Below, in pieces: positions 39,854-50,014 of a stretch of 64,000 nt of DNA. The translations under genes and the position numbers were made by a program. The DNA is from Candidatus Cloacimonadales bacterium (GTDB lineage: Bacteria; Cloacimonadota; Cloacimonadia; Cloacimonadales; DAONDQ01): positions 1 to 64,000 of the forward strand of contig OY759316.1 in NCBI GenBank assembly GCA_963662275.1, written 5' to 3'. Every line of letters starts with the position of its first letter. The first letter of the stretch is position 1. The notes below the pieces were generated by a model. It was not told the origin of the DNA, did not search any database, and saw only the letters and a list, made by a program, of their open reading frames with translations.

Positions 39854-40034
39854 ATAGCGTACAGCATATGGCGTACAGCGTACAGGGAAGAAGAGAAGAA
39901 CTAGCTTTCCCTGTTGTACTTCGACTCCGCTCAGTAACCCCTTTTCGTCTGATCCCCCTTCATTTGTAAAGGGAGGGGTTAGGGGAGAGCTTGTTCTGAC
40001 ACTTCTGGATCAGTTTCCGATTCGCTCAGTAACC
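39854..40034. repeat. Mosaic repeat region
   Basis: ACAGCGT-like heptamers x5; CTTCGACTCCGCTCAGTAACC with a second copy of CGCTCAGTAACC at 40023; family-A hairpin 39946-39998. Confidence 0.8.
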
Positions 40035-40101
40035 GCATCTCGTTTGTACAAATCGCACTCTCACGTTACATACGAAAGAGAAAAAACAGAGCAAAAGAGG
40101 A

Positions 40102-41571
40102 TCAATTTTCATCAAATGTAAGGGTCGGTTGATCAATAATTCCCTCTGAATCATCCATCGCTTCTGCAATTTCTACTAAATTCGCTTCGATCTGTTTATT
40201 TGTCTTGGCACCAAGTTTCTTTAGCTTTTCCACGCTGACAACCAGGTTACCCGAACCTGATTGGAGTTGTTTCATGGCAAGTTCAGAGGATTCCATAGCC
40301 TTGCCCATATGCTTTTGAATATCTTCCAGGTTTTTGACAAAGCCGATGAATTTATCGTAGAGTCTTCCCGCCTGTTCAGCAATTTCCTTGGAATTACGAT
40401 TTTGATATTCATAAGTCCATATGTTTTGAATAGTTCTCAGGGTCACTAATAGGGTAGATGGACATACAATGACGATATTCTTGTTGAAAGCATCGCTGAA
40501 TAAAGTGTTATCCTTTTCTATAGCTGCCAGGAAAGCAGATTCTATAGGGATGAACATCAGCACAAAATCAGGTGCATGAAGATCTTTAATACTTTCATAT
40601 TCCTTGCTGCTGAGACCTTTTATGTGATTGCGAATGGAAGCAATATGCGCTTTGAAGGAAGCTAGGCGAATCTCTTCAGATTCACCCGAAATGTAACTTT
40701 CATAATCTTTCAGTGATACTTTGGAATCAATGATCACATGCTTTTTCCCGGGCAGCATAACGACAACATCAGGGCGCTGCATATTCCCATCGGCATCCCT
40801 GAACGTGGGTTGAATCTGATATTCTATATCCTTTCTCAGTCCTGAGTTTTCCAGGATGCGTTCCAGGATAACTTCGCCCCAATTACCCTGTGTTTTGGAT
40901 TCTGACTTCAGGGCTTTGGTCAGATTCCTGGCTTCTTCACTGATTTCATTATTGAGTGTCTTGAGGATTTGTATTTCTTTCAAGAGAGCTGTACGTTGCT
41001 GTGTTTCAGAGTCATATACAGTTTCGACCTTGGTTTTAAAATCTTTTAATTGCTCTTTGAGAGGGGATAACAGCCCGTCAAGGTTTGTCTTATTCTGTTC
41101 AGTAAATTTACTGCCTTTTTCTTCAAAAATCTTATTTGCAAGATTCTCAAATTCAGTTTTAAGCTGATCTTTTGCTTCCAACAGGATCTTCAGCTTTTCA
41201 TCTGATTGTCTTCTTTCTGCATCCAATAATGTATTCAACTTACTCAGTGTTGTTTTTAATTCAGTGATTTCGGTTTGTTTTACCGTATTTTCAACACGTT
41301 GCTGTTGCAGATCATTTTCCACTATCGGAATACGTTTTACCTGCTCTTCCAGTTGAGCTTTTTCAAGAGATAAAGCATCAGCCGATGATCTGAACTTTTC
41401 AACATCAGATTTAATGGTTTGGGAATCTTGAATTAGCTGGTCTTTTTGATTCTGAAGATCTTGAATTTTCTCATCGAGAGATATGGTTCTGGCTCGATTC
41501 ACTTGCTTCATGAAGAACCAGGAAAAACACATGCCAATAATAATGGCTATTATTAGATAGAGTATTATCAT
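40102..41571 (-). CDS. rmuC: DNA recombination protein RmuC
   Basis: QGNWGEVIL, RPDV, IDSKVSL, DFVLMFIPIE, PSTLL; N-terminal TM and coiled coil. Confidence 0.93.
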   Translation of the reverse strand: MIILYLIIAIIIGMCFSWFFMKQVNRARTISLDEKIQDLQNQKDQLIQDSQTIKSDVEKFRSSADALSLEKAQLEEQVKRIPIVENDLQQQRVENTVKQTEITELKTTLSKLNTLLDAERRQSDEKLKILLEAKDQLKTEFENLANKIFEEKGSKFTEQNKTNLDGLLSPLKEQLKDFKTKVETVYDSETQQRTALLKEIQILKTLNNEISEEARNLTKALKSESKTQGNWGEVILERILENSGLRKDIEYQIQPTFRDADGNMQRPDVVVMLPGKKHVIIDSKVSLKDYESYISGESEEIRLASFKAHIASIRNHIKGLSSKEYESIKDLHAPDFVLMFIPIESAFLAAIEKDNTLFSDAFNKNIVIVCPSTLLVTLRTIQNIWTYEYQNRNSKEIAEQAGRLYDKFIGFVKNLEDIQKHMGKAMESSELAMKQLQSGSGNLVVSVEKLKKLGAKTNKQIEANLVEIAEAMDDSEGIIDQPTLTFDEN

Positions 41572-41600
41572 AAAATCTCCCCCTCTGGATGAATATGTGT

Positions 41601-41731
41601 ATGTAGGGGTCCGCGTCAGCAGACCCATTTTCTTCAGTCATTTGAATTCGTGAACGAGACTGCTGACGAGTACCCCATTTTCTTCTGGATTTGAACTCAT
41701 GAAACGGGTCTGCTGACGCGGACCCCTACAT
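41601..41731. repeat. REPIN-like array with GTAG ends
   Basis: Perfect 26-bp inverted repeat ATGTAGGGGTCCGCGTCAGCAGACCC plus a degenerate internal third unit. Confidence 0.85.
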
Positions 41732-41735
41732 GATA

Positions 41736-44033
41736 TTATTTCAGAAGAACCGCTTTATGTGTAGCAATACGTTTTCCATCCACTTCCAAAGTATAAAAGT
41801 AAATACCGGAAGCTTGTTCAGTGGCAAGCCAAGTGATTTTTCCTTCATGTTTCTGTTTTTCGGACAGTAAGAATTCCTTCACTTGCTGTCCACGAATATT
41901 ATAAATATTTATTTTAGCATTATCAGTATTTACGTTCAGCAAACTGAATCGGATCGTTGTTTCAGGATTAAATGGATTTGGATAATTCTGGCTTAAAGAC
42001 ATTACCGGTAATGAAGGAACTGTCTGATCATTATTTGCAGTAGCAGAGGCATTTCCCGTAACAATATTGATATTGTCAATTGTCCAACCCGGATCCGTGA
42101 GATCTGTATTCTGGGACTGATCTGTCAGCCTGAATCTCAAGTAAATTGGCTGCCAAAGATACTCATCAAGACTGATATAGATTGGATGCCAGGTATCATA
42201 TTGACCGGATTGGATATATAAAGTATCCCAATCTACATTATCTGTAGATATCTCTACTCTAGCATAATCATAATCCCATTCTGTATACAGATGCTGCCAA
42301 AAAGAGAGATAAGCTCGCTGAAGTTGAGGTAGAAAGATGGTTTGTGAAGTTGTGATGTTGACATCACAATTTACGGAATAAAAACCTAAACCTCCCCAAC
42401 TATCGGTTAATGCATATCCCTGGTGAGAAAGCTGGTTTTCAAGAACCCATGGTCCTGTGATAGTCCATTGTGCTGTTCCATTTTCCCAATTCTCAGTGAA
42501 AATGGTTTGCGCTGTTGAAAGATCTATATTCAAACCATGCTGACCACCTGTAACATGAAGAGAGTCAATATAGGGAAAATATCCCGGTGAAGTAATCATG
42601 ATCTTATGAGTACCTTCAAACGTCTGGAATGAGTAATTGCCATCTACTGTATAAATTGTATCAGGGGGATTATCATAAACAATGATTTGCGCCGGTCGAG
42701 GAGTTCCTGCCCCGAATATTGTACCTGAATAGGTTGCAATTGGCAAAGGTGTTAATTGCACATCCCTGATCGTCCAGAATGAGTTCAAAACAGTGACATT
42801 TGCCAATGTTACTGTAGCATATCCCTTTTTGCTGATAGTTACTGTGTAATTTCCCATTTTGAGTGGTCGCCAGAATCTGCCATAAAGAGCATCACTCATT
42901 CGAGGTGCAAAATAAGGTGCTTTTTTTTCTTCGACTGTTATCTCAGCGACTAGTGGTAGCCCTGTCCGGGCATCTGTAATGTGTCCCGTTAACATCGCAT
43001 TAGTTGGTTGTGTACTATGTGACAGTGCACGATTAATCATCCATTTCACACCTTGCGTACAACGCTGAACAGTACCTACCATGATTGTGGAATCCGGTTG
43101 GAGATTTGCTGTCCCGCATTCGATTAAAAGTTGTATTGTACCATAAGCCTGGTAGAACCAATCATTGGTTGCACCCCGGCGACTTTGGGTTGGACTTGGT
43201 TCATACGTTCCAGAACCGGACTCTTTAATAATTTGCCCGGCAGTTCCTTCACCGATTTGCTGTGCCAATTCTAGATCAGGGGAAGGACGTTGATCATACC
43301 AATTGAATGAGTAAAACACTTTTTGGGAAAAGTTTCCAGTCCGCGAGGAATGCCAATTGATCGAATAGATTATATGATGCTGAGCTGCAAAATCACGGAT
43401 AGCCTTCGATTCATTTTCCGAAAAAGGAGCTAAGCCACGATAATAATCGTAGATTTCGGGAGGTGTTGAAGCAAAGAGTGAATCACCATGAACCCAGTTA
43501 AAAGAAAAATTACGATTTGGGTCAACACCATCTATATCAAATCCAACTCGAGGATCATCGTCCCATATATTATTGTTGTTATTATCTCTTTTATTCTTTC
43601 GATAGGAGATATCCAATCCATCCATGACAACATTGTATCCTTCCGGGTTCATTGTAGGGATGAACCATAATTCGGTTGAGGATAACCAGGTGCTATAAGG
43701 AGTTTGAGTCTGATGTGTTAAAATCTCTTTAATATTACTTAACACGATTTCTGTACCTAAAACTTCTTCAGCATGAACTTGTCCAACAAATAGAAGTTCC
43801 GGCTCATCTTCATCCGCACTAACATTGTTGGATACTTTCATGGCATAAATTGGTACATGATCAACTTGCGAATAGCCAATCGTATAAAGTTTCGCCTGGT
43901 TGGGATATTGTTCTTCAATGGAATTCAAGTAAACTTCCAATTCTGGATAAGTATGATAACAGGACGGTAACGTTACTTGAGCCAATAGAATAGAGCATGA
44001 AAATAACATCATAAACAGGATGCTGTTTCGCAT
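41736..44033 (-). CDS. Secreted M14 zinc carboxypeptidase with a T9SS-like CTD
   Basis: HAEE, NPEG, RKN, DPNRNF, WHS; carboxypeptidase regulatory-like domains; QNYPNPFNP. Confidence 0.88.
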   Translation of the reverse strand: MRNSILFMMLFSCSILLAQVTLPSCYHTYPELEVYLNSIEEQYPNQAKLYTIGYSQVDHVPIYAMKVSNNVSADEDEPELLFVGQVHAEEVLGTEIVLSNIKEILTHQTQTPYSTWLSSTELWFIPTMNPEGYNVVMDGLDISYRKNKRDNNNNNIWDDDPRVGFDIDGVDPNRNFSFNWVHGDSLFASTPPEIYDYYRGLAPFSENESKAIRDFAAQHHIIYSINWHSSRTGNFSQKVFYSFNWYDQRPSPDLELAQQIGEGTAGQIIKESGSGTYEPSPTQSRRGATNDWFYQAYGTIQLLIECGTANLQPDSTIMVGTVQRCTQGVKWMINRALSHSTQPTNAMLTGHITDARTGLPLVAEITVEEKKAPYFAPRMSDALYGRFWRPLKMGNYTVTISKKGYATVTLANVTVLNSFWTIRDVQLTPLPIATYSGTIFGAGTPRPAQIIVYDNPPDTIYTVDGNYSFQTFEGTHKIMITSPGYFPYIDSLHVTGGQHGLNIDLSTAQTIFTENWENGTAQWTITGPWVLENQLSHQGYALTDSWGGLGFYSVNCDVNITTSQTIFLPQLQRAYLSFWQHLYTEWDYDYARVEISTDNVDWDTLYIQSGQYDTWHPIYISLDEYLWQPIYLRFRLTDQSQNTDLTDPGWTIDNINIVTGNASATANNDQTVPSLPVMSLSQNYPNPFNPETTIRFSLLNVNTDNAKINIYNIRGQQVKEFLLSEKQKHEGKITWLATEQASGIYFYTLEVDGKRIATHKAVLLK

Positions 44034-44362
44034 CTTTCCTCCGTATGTTGGATGGTCTCACTATAGGTAATTATCTAATCACTGTAGATGAGGCATTTGA
44101 TTCTTATTATTTGTCAAGAACAAAGCAAATTTAGAACCATATCCTTTGAGTATTCAATATTGAGTTCAAATTCCTCCTGAAAAAAAAGCTAGAAATGTCA
44201 GCAATTACGACATAATATTATGACTGTTTATGGTTATTGTAACTTTATAGCGACACGGATTTTCATAAAAAGCTTCATTTTATAATACTTTATGCGATTA
44301 TCTTCTTGGAACACAATATGCAATTCTATATCATTGCTTTATTAATAATAAGGAGTCATGAT

Positions 44363-46015
44363 ATGATGAAGAACAAGCTTATCCTGATTATTTTTGTATT
44401 AATTCTAGTTCTTCCAATTTGTGCAGAAACGATACGAGAAACACGAACAATTGAAACGTTCCCTTTTATAGAGAACTTTGAATCTGTCACTCTTCCTGCC
44501 TTTCCAACTGGTTGGACAGTTGAAGACACAAACGCAGATGGGATTACTTGGGATTCAAGAGCTATCAATGGCTGGTCAGAACCTTATGCTGTTGCCTGTG
44601 ATTATAGTTTCACAGAGCCCATGAATGATTGGTTTTTTACACCCAGTTTACATCTGATCAATGGCGTTACCTATCGTATCATATTTTCCTATAAATGTGA
44701 ATATGCAGAATATCCTGAAAAACTGGAAATCAAATGGGGGGAAGCACCTAACTCAGCCAGTATGCTATCTGATGCCATATTCTCCAATACAAATATTGTG
44801 AATGGAGCCTTCCAAGAGGTAACAGTTGCCTTTAGTGTAACACCCCAGGGCAGAGACGGAAGAGCTTTCTATAATATTGGTTGGCATGGCTTTAGTGATA
44901 CATATCAATGGACTCTTTGGGTAGATAATATCACTATTGAAGAGATGCCTTCAGATCCGGTATTTTTTACTGATACATCAAGCTACTACTTTGGTAATCA
45001 GCAAATTTTTTATGACTCGCATCCTAAAAATATTACTATTTCGAACACAGGTGGAGGAATTTTAGCACTAACTTCATGTTCTCTAGTTGGAAGTGATTCA
45101 ACGCAATTTGAATTAATTGATTTAAATACTTACCCTGATAGTATCGGTGTTTATTCTTCTTCTCAAGTCGGAATTCGTTTTCATCCTCAGTCTATTGGAG
45201 CGAAGTCAGTTACTCTGCAATATCTGGAAAATGGTACGATCGTTCATAATATTCCGATCACCGGAATTGGAGTGGATAATACTATCACTTCATTCCCTTT
45301 CAATGAAGACTTCGAAACCGGAGGATTACCAACCAACTGGATAAAACTTGCTGACGGTGCCGGATGGAGATTTGGAACTAACCTGGGCAGAGGAACATAT
45401 CCTATTCCTGCTCATACAACTTATGCCGCTGTAAATAAAAATACATCAATCTTTGAATATGACCCTTTACCTGGGCGAAATGACTTTCTTATCCCTCCTC
45501 CCTTTGATTTGACAGCGGGAGTTGGTATTCCACATTTTACTTTTTCCAGTTATTTTGCCTATCTAATGGATAACATTGGTGAACATGCTACGGTTGAATA
45601 TTCAATAGATGGAACAAACTGGAATTTGCTTGCAGAAGTACCAGTATATAATAGTGGATGGAAATTCATTGATATCAATCTGAGTGCATATCAAACTTGC
45701 ACCTGTTTCTTCATTCGTTTCCATGGTGATGATATGGGAATCGATCATGCCACAGGCTGGGCAATCGATGATGTGAATCTATTATTTGTCGATCCAACAC
45801 CAACACCGCCTATTAGTATCAATGTCACAGTAACTGGTACCTTAGTAAATCTTACTTGGGAACCAGTACTTTACGTATCAGGTTATCGAGTTTATTCTGC
45901 TCCCGATCCACATTCAAATTTATGGACTGAAGAAACTGGCATAATTACCACAACTAGCTGGTCAGGTAATACGTCTCTTATCCGAAAATTCTTTAGAATT
46001 GGATCTGTCAGATAG
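44363..46015 (+). CDS. Secreted protein with cleaved-adhesin/choice-of-anchor-like and Ig domains
   Basis: Signal peptide; two FPF-E-FE jelly-roll repeats; NTGGGIL Ig-like domain; AAGGAG SD. Confidence 0.72.
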   Translation: MMKNKLILIIFVLILVLPICAETIRETRTIETFPFIENFESVTLPAFPTGWTVEDTNADGITWDSRAINGWSEPYAVACDYSFTEPMNDWFFTPSLHLINGVTYRIIFSYKCEYAEYPEKLEIKWGEAPNSASMLSDAIFSNTNIVNGAFQEVTVAFSVTPQGRDGRAFYNIGWHGFSDTYQWTLWVDNITIEEMPSDPVFFTDTSSYYFGNQQIFYDSHPKNITISNTGGGILALTSCSLVGSDSTQFELIDLNTYPDSIGVYSSSQVGIRFHPQSIGAKSVTLQYLENGTIVHNIPITGIGVDNTITSFPFNEDFETGGLPTNWIKLADGAGWRFGTNLGRGTYPIPAHTTYAAVNKNTSIFEYDPLPGRNDFLIPPPFDLTAGVGIPHFTFSSYFAYLMDNIGEHATVEYSIDGTNWNLLAEVPVYNSGWKFIDINLSAYQTCTCFFIRFHGDDMGIDHATGWAIDDVNLLFVDPTPTPPISINVTVTGTLVNLTWEPVLYVSGYRVYSAPDPHSNLWTEETGIITTTSWSGNTSLIRKFFRIGSVR

Positions 46016-46057
46016 TATAAAGTACTTCACTCATTATTCCTTGTAATTGACAATATC

Positions 46058-46085
46058 AAAGCCCATGGTAAAAATCATGGGCTTT
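46058..46085 (+). terminator. Hairpin / terminator
   Basis: AAAGCCCATG-gtaaaaat-CATGGGCTTT. Confidence 0.6.
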
Positions 46086-46124
46086 CATTTTTCTTCAGCA
46101 AAATACCAGTAGAATTTTGCCAAA

Positions 46125-46153
46125 GTAGAGACGCCCAATTTGGGCGTTTCTAC
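46125..46153. repeat. Single GTAG-ended REP-like palindrome
   Basis: GTAGAGACGCCCAATTTGGGCGTTTCTAC. Confidence 0.7.
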
Positions 46154-46252
46154 AGTATCATATTTTGTACAATTACGGATAAAGTGCCTGTATATGTTTT
46201 AGATATTGAATAGATACCAAGCCATTGTAACTAGTCATAAGACAAATAATTC

Positions 46253-46281
46253 TTGACGGAAATAGGATAGATTCATATTAT
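46253..46281 (+). promoter_or_regulatory. Sigma70-type promoter
   Basis: TTGACG-17 nt-TATTAT upstream of the ATG at 46314. Confidence 0.55.
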
Positions 46282-46313
46282 ATTTAATATCATTTATTAC
46301 TAAGGAGTAATCT

Positions 46314-47402
46314 ATGCGAATTATCTTACTTATTGTCATAGCACTATCCCTCATGTGTAGTCTGTTGGCAATTCCTACGCTCCAAGTAATTAAGACTCAT
46401 GATTATATCTACGTAAATCGAACCGTCATTGTGTTTAGTAATCAAGTAAAATATCTTTATAAGACTAATACTGCAGATAGTACACTCCAAATTAGAATAC
46501 TGAGTGCAGCTAAAGCTGAAAACTATGTTGAACCTATAATTGATGATAGTAAAGTGGTACGTTCAATTTTGGTTGAGCCAAAAAAATCAGGATTGGAAGT
46601 GGTGATAAAAACGAACATGACTTATCGTGCTGACATCATGACTCTCAGTGAAGATGGTTATAAGATCGTCCTGGATATTTTCCAGAAGGAATCTCCTTTT
46701 ACATATGATGCCGGGCTGGGTATTGCCAATTTTTATCTGTCCACTCATCAATTTGTGACAGCAAAAAGATTATTTAGCAAGCTTGAGGCGGATTACCCGG
46801 AAAAGAAGGAAATGAACTATTATTTTGCCAAGAACCTCGTTAGAATGAATCGATTTACGGAAGCCTTAAAAAGACTTGATCTCGTACCTGCCACTTCCAG
46901 AGAGTATGAGTTTTCCCAAATCCTGATCGAGAAATTTAAAAGCATACAGAGATATTCTGAATTTTCCCAGGATTTCCTGGATAGTGATTTCGATATCGCA
47001 CTTTCGTCACCTGTTGCTGTTAAGGATACTACGCTAAATTCTTCAAAAGTGATTTCTCCATCCAAAGCTCAGGTGAAACATAAGAAACCTTCACTATTAA
47101 CGGTATTGGCAACTGCCCAGATTCCTTTATGGTTGGCTCTTGCTTTGATACTGCTGCTGATCATTATTAATGCGATCATGCTGGAAATAACACATAAACA
47201 GTCTAGAAAAGCAACAGCATTCAACAATAGCAAGGAATCTGCCAGTGAACCTACTTTGTTTATCGATGAAGAAGCAAAACGGAAAATGATCTCCAAATTA
47301 ATGCGGGATGGCTGGAGTAACAAAGAGATTGCCAAAGAGCTTCATATTTCGGAAAAAGATACGGAACTAATTGTCAAACAACTATCTGTTACAGATTTCT
47401 AG
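46314..47402 (+). CDS. Single-pass membrane protein: AMIN-like, TPR, TM, C-terminal HTH-like
   Basis: Signal peptide; YKIVLDIF; TPR helices; TM LWLALALILLLIII; GWSNKEIAKELHIS. Confidence 0.7.
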   Translation: MRIILLIVIALSLMCSLLAIPTLQVIKTHDYIYVNRTVIVFSNQVKYLYKTNTADSTLQIRILSAAKAENYVEPIIDDSKVVRSILVEPKKSGLEVVIKTNMTYRADIMTLSEDGYKIVLDIFQKESPFTYDAGLGIANFYLSTHQFVTAKRLFSKLEADYPEKKEMNYYFAKNLVRMNRFTEALKRLDLVPATSREYEFSQILIEKFKSIQRYSEFSQDFLDSDFDIALSSPVAVKDTTLNSSKVISPSKAQVKHKKPSLLTVLATAQIPLWLALALILLLIIINAIMLEITHKQSRKATAFNNSKESASEPTLFIDEEAKRKMISKLMRDGWSNKEIAKELHISEKDTELIVKQLSVTDF

Positions 47403-47421
47403 AGAAATTTATTAGGATGAT

Positions 47422-48972
47422 ATGAAGTTACTTATTTTATGCATATTGTTTTCCTGCCTCGTTGTTACGGGGCAGGATTTTTTATACGGTTTGGAATATC
47501 AACCCGATATACATTCCAGGATTAATCAATCTTTCAATGAAGATCCTGTTCAATTCTCCATGATGTACAATGAAAACAGCTACGATGCCAAAGGTACCGA
47601 GTTTGCGTTATCATCCGTAAAAATAGCAAAGAGATCCATAATGCGATATCTCTCTCCTTCAGATACAGAAGGAATCATGTTTCGTTATACACCAAAGTAT
47701 CCTGAGCAAGACTTAATGATTCGTATTTTGGGTGGTTTTGATTACAACCAAAATAGTAATGAGCATTACTTTTTCGTATATAAGGGGTTAAGGCTTCAAT
47801 CACAGATTACCAAGAACATCAGTATCAATGGATATTGGTGGGCTGGTCAATTTAGAGGAGATAAGAATTATTATAACAAATCTCCCTTGATTGACGGATA
47901 TTATCAACCTGATAAAGAAGTGGTATACTTGGATAACTTACAGGGATCTCTAAGATATGATGTTAGTAATGTTCATGTCTCCCTTGGTAGAGGTAAGTTC
48001 CAGGAAGGAGATAATATTAGCGGCAGCATCATACTCAATAATGCAGCTAATGACTACGGATACTTATCCGGTCAGCTTGAATTTGGGACTCTCTCTCTTT
48101 CCTATTTGCATTGTGCATTAACTCCGGATTCATCTGAAGTCGTTTATTACCAGCCTGATGGTCCTGGTTCTGTTGATTCTTATCGTGTAGATAAGTTTCT
48201 TGTCATGCACAAACTGGATTGGAATCCTAGAACCAACTTTATGGGTTTCTTAGGAGAAGAAATTGTTTATGGGAATCGCAGCCTCGATTTAAACTATCTC
48301 ATTCCCCCTGTCTTCTGGCGTATTATTGAACATAACCTGGAAGACCGTGATAATGTTCTCATATTTGGTGGTCTGAAATGGGGTATAACACCACATATTA
48401 CTTTCTATCAAAATACATTATTCGATGAATATACACAAAGCAAGATACTTACTGATTGGTGGGGAAGTAAATATGCCGTACAGGCAGGACTTTCTTATCA
48501 ATTCCATAATCGATTTACAAATCAGGACGACGACCTCATTTCTCGAGTTACGATGGAAGCGACGGCTGTCAGACCCTGGACATATACTCATTTCATCAAG
48601 TGGAATAAGTTCTCCAATGACAATATCGCGATGGGTTATCCCGTTGGTTCAAACTGTATTAATTATTCTTTTGAGACGGACTATCCGATTACAAACAGAA
48701 TATTTATCGCGGTAAATGCTTCCTATTCCAGGCAGGGAAGTGAAGGTAATAAATTCGATTTGAATACTGCTGACCCCTTAGTAATTCCCGATCAATTACA
48801 TACGAAAACCAGATGGTTGGCGGGAACAATTGCAGATACAAAAAGACTGAAGATCATGGCAGAATGGAAACCTCTTGCCCATCATTTCATTAGATTGGGT
48901 ACTACTCTTTCACAAATCAATGAAATGGATTGGACAAAAGATCTAACACTTAGTTATCGAACCGAATTCTAG
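47422..48972 (+). CDS. Outer-membrane protein, Wzi-like (tentative)
   Basis: Signal peptide, LGRGK, DLNYLIP, RDNVL, RPWTYTH, GYPVGSN, C-terminal YRTEF. Confidence 0.6.
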   Translation: MKLLILCILFSCLVVTGQDFLYGLEYQPDIHSRINQSFNEDPVQFSMMYNENSYDAKGTEFALSSVKIAKRSIMRYLSPSDTEGIMFRYTPKYPEQDLMIRILGGFDYNQNSNEHYFFVYKGLRLQSQITKNISINGYWWAGQFRGDKNYYNKSPLIDGYYQPDKEVVYLDNLQGSLRYDVSNVHVSLGRGKFQEGDNISGSIILNNAANDYGYLSGQLEFGTLSLSYLHCALTPDSSEVVYYQPDGPGSVDSYRVDKFLVMHKLDWNPRTNFMGFLGEEIVYGNRSLDLNYLIPPVFWRIIEHNLEDRDNVLIFGGLKWGITPHITFYQNTLFDEYTQSKILTDWWGSKYAVQAGLSYQFHNRFTNQDDDLISRVTMEATAVRPWTYTHFIKWNKFSNDNIAMGYPVGSNCINYSFETDYPITNRIFIAVNASYSRQGSEGNKFDLNTADPLVIPDQLHTKTRWLAGTIADTKRLKIMAEWKPLAHHFIRLGTTLSQINEMDWTKDLTLSYRTEF

Positions 48973-48973
48973 T

Positions 48974-50014
48974 ATGGATCTATACATTTTCCTGTTCGCT
49001 ATAATCATCATCAAGATGAGCTTCGCTATGTTTCGCAAATGGAAGATTCAATCATCTCAAAAACTACATTATTCCGTCATAGTAGTCTGTCGTAATGAAG
49101 CTCCCCGTTTACCTTTATTCTTTACATCCCTGGATCAATTGGATTACCCGTCCGATCTGTATGAGATCATACTTGTGGATGATGCATCCCGTGATGGTTC
49201 TGATCAAATGATAAGGGATTATGTTGCAGGAAAATTAAATGGAAAAGCTTTTTTCATTATGGAAAAGGATGAGAATCAATCGGGAAAAAGACAGGCTCTT
49301 TCGCTTGCTGCATCTCATGCAACCGGAGACATATTACTAATGACTGATTCAGATACTGAGGTTCCCCCCAATTGGATTGAATCCTACAATCATTATTTTT
49401 CTTCCTCGATTGGAATGGTCATTGGATATGCCAGGGAAAAGCATCTTGGACTTGTGAAACGAGTAAAAAAGATCTTCTCTGCAGGGATGTTCTGCTCAAC
49501 AGTCGGCATTAATATGCCCTTCAGTTGTTCCGGTGCCAACATAGCAATTAGACGATCTGTTTTTGAGAGTATTGGAGGATACGACAAGTTAGGTCACTTC
49601 CAATCAGGAGATGATAAACTATTATTGAAGAAAGTTGTGAAAGCTTGGGAGAAAGTAGCTTATAATGCAGAAGTTGTTGTCTATGAACAGAATCGTCATT
49701 ATTCTATCCGGGAATACTTGAACCGGGAGTTACGGCATTTTGGTAAATTCAGGCAATCATCAATTATTTATCAGTTTGTTTCTTTACTAGTTTTGGCATT
49801 TTTCCTGTATCTGCCATATTGGTTCATTGTTGAGGGAACTTGGCTATTCTTAGCAACAGCGATACTACCTTTGTACATTTTTTATTCGTTTTCCATGATT
49901 AGACACCATGAGAAATTCCATATTTCTGATTATCTTTTTCTCTTGATTTATCCGTATTATGCTATCTTATTCTCGATTATCGGTACATTCATGAAGGCAA
50001 AATGGAAAGTGTGA
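48974..50014 (+). CDS. Membrane glycosyltransferase family 2
   Basis: RNE, VDDASRD, GKRQAL, TDSD, GANIA, SGDD; C-terminal TMs. Confidence 0.88.
   Translation: MDLYIFLFAIIIIKMSFAMFRKWKIQSSQKLHYSVIVVCRNEAPRLPLFFTSLDQLDYPSDLYEIILVDDASRDGSDQMIRDYVAGKLNGKAFFIMEKDENQSGKRQALSLAASHATGDILLMTDSDTEVPPNWIESYNHYFSSSIGMVIGYAREKHLGLVKRVKKIFSAGMFCSTVGINMPFSCSGANIAIRRSVFESIGGYDKLGHFQSGDDKLLLKKVVKAWEKVAYNAEVVVYEQNRHYSIREYLNRELRHFGKFRQSSIIYQFVSLLVLAFFLYLPYWFIVEGTWLFLATAILPLYIFYSFSMIRHHEKFHISDYLFLLIYPYYAILFSIIGTFMKAKWKV

Noticed and set aside
41601..41731. Mini CRISPR array
   Set aside because: Units are inverted and degenerate with similar spacers, which fits a REPIN
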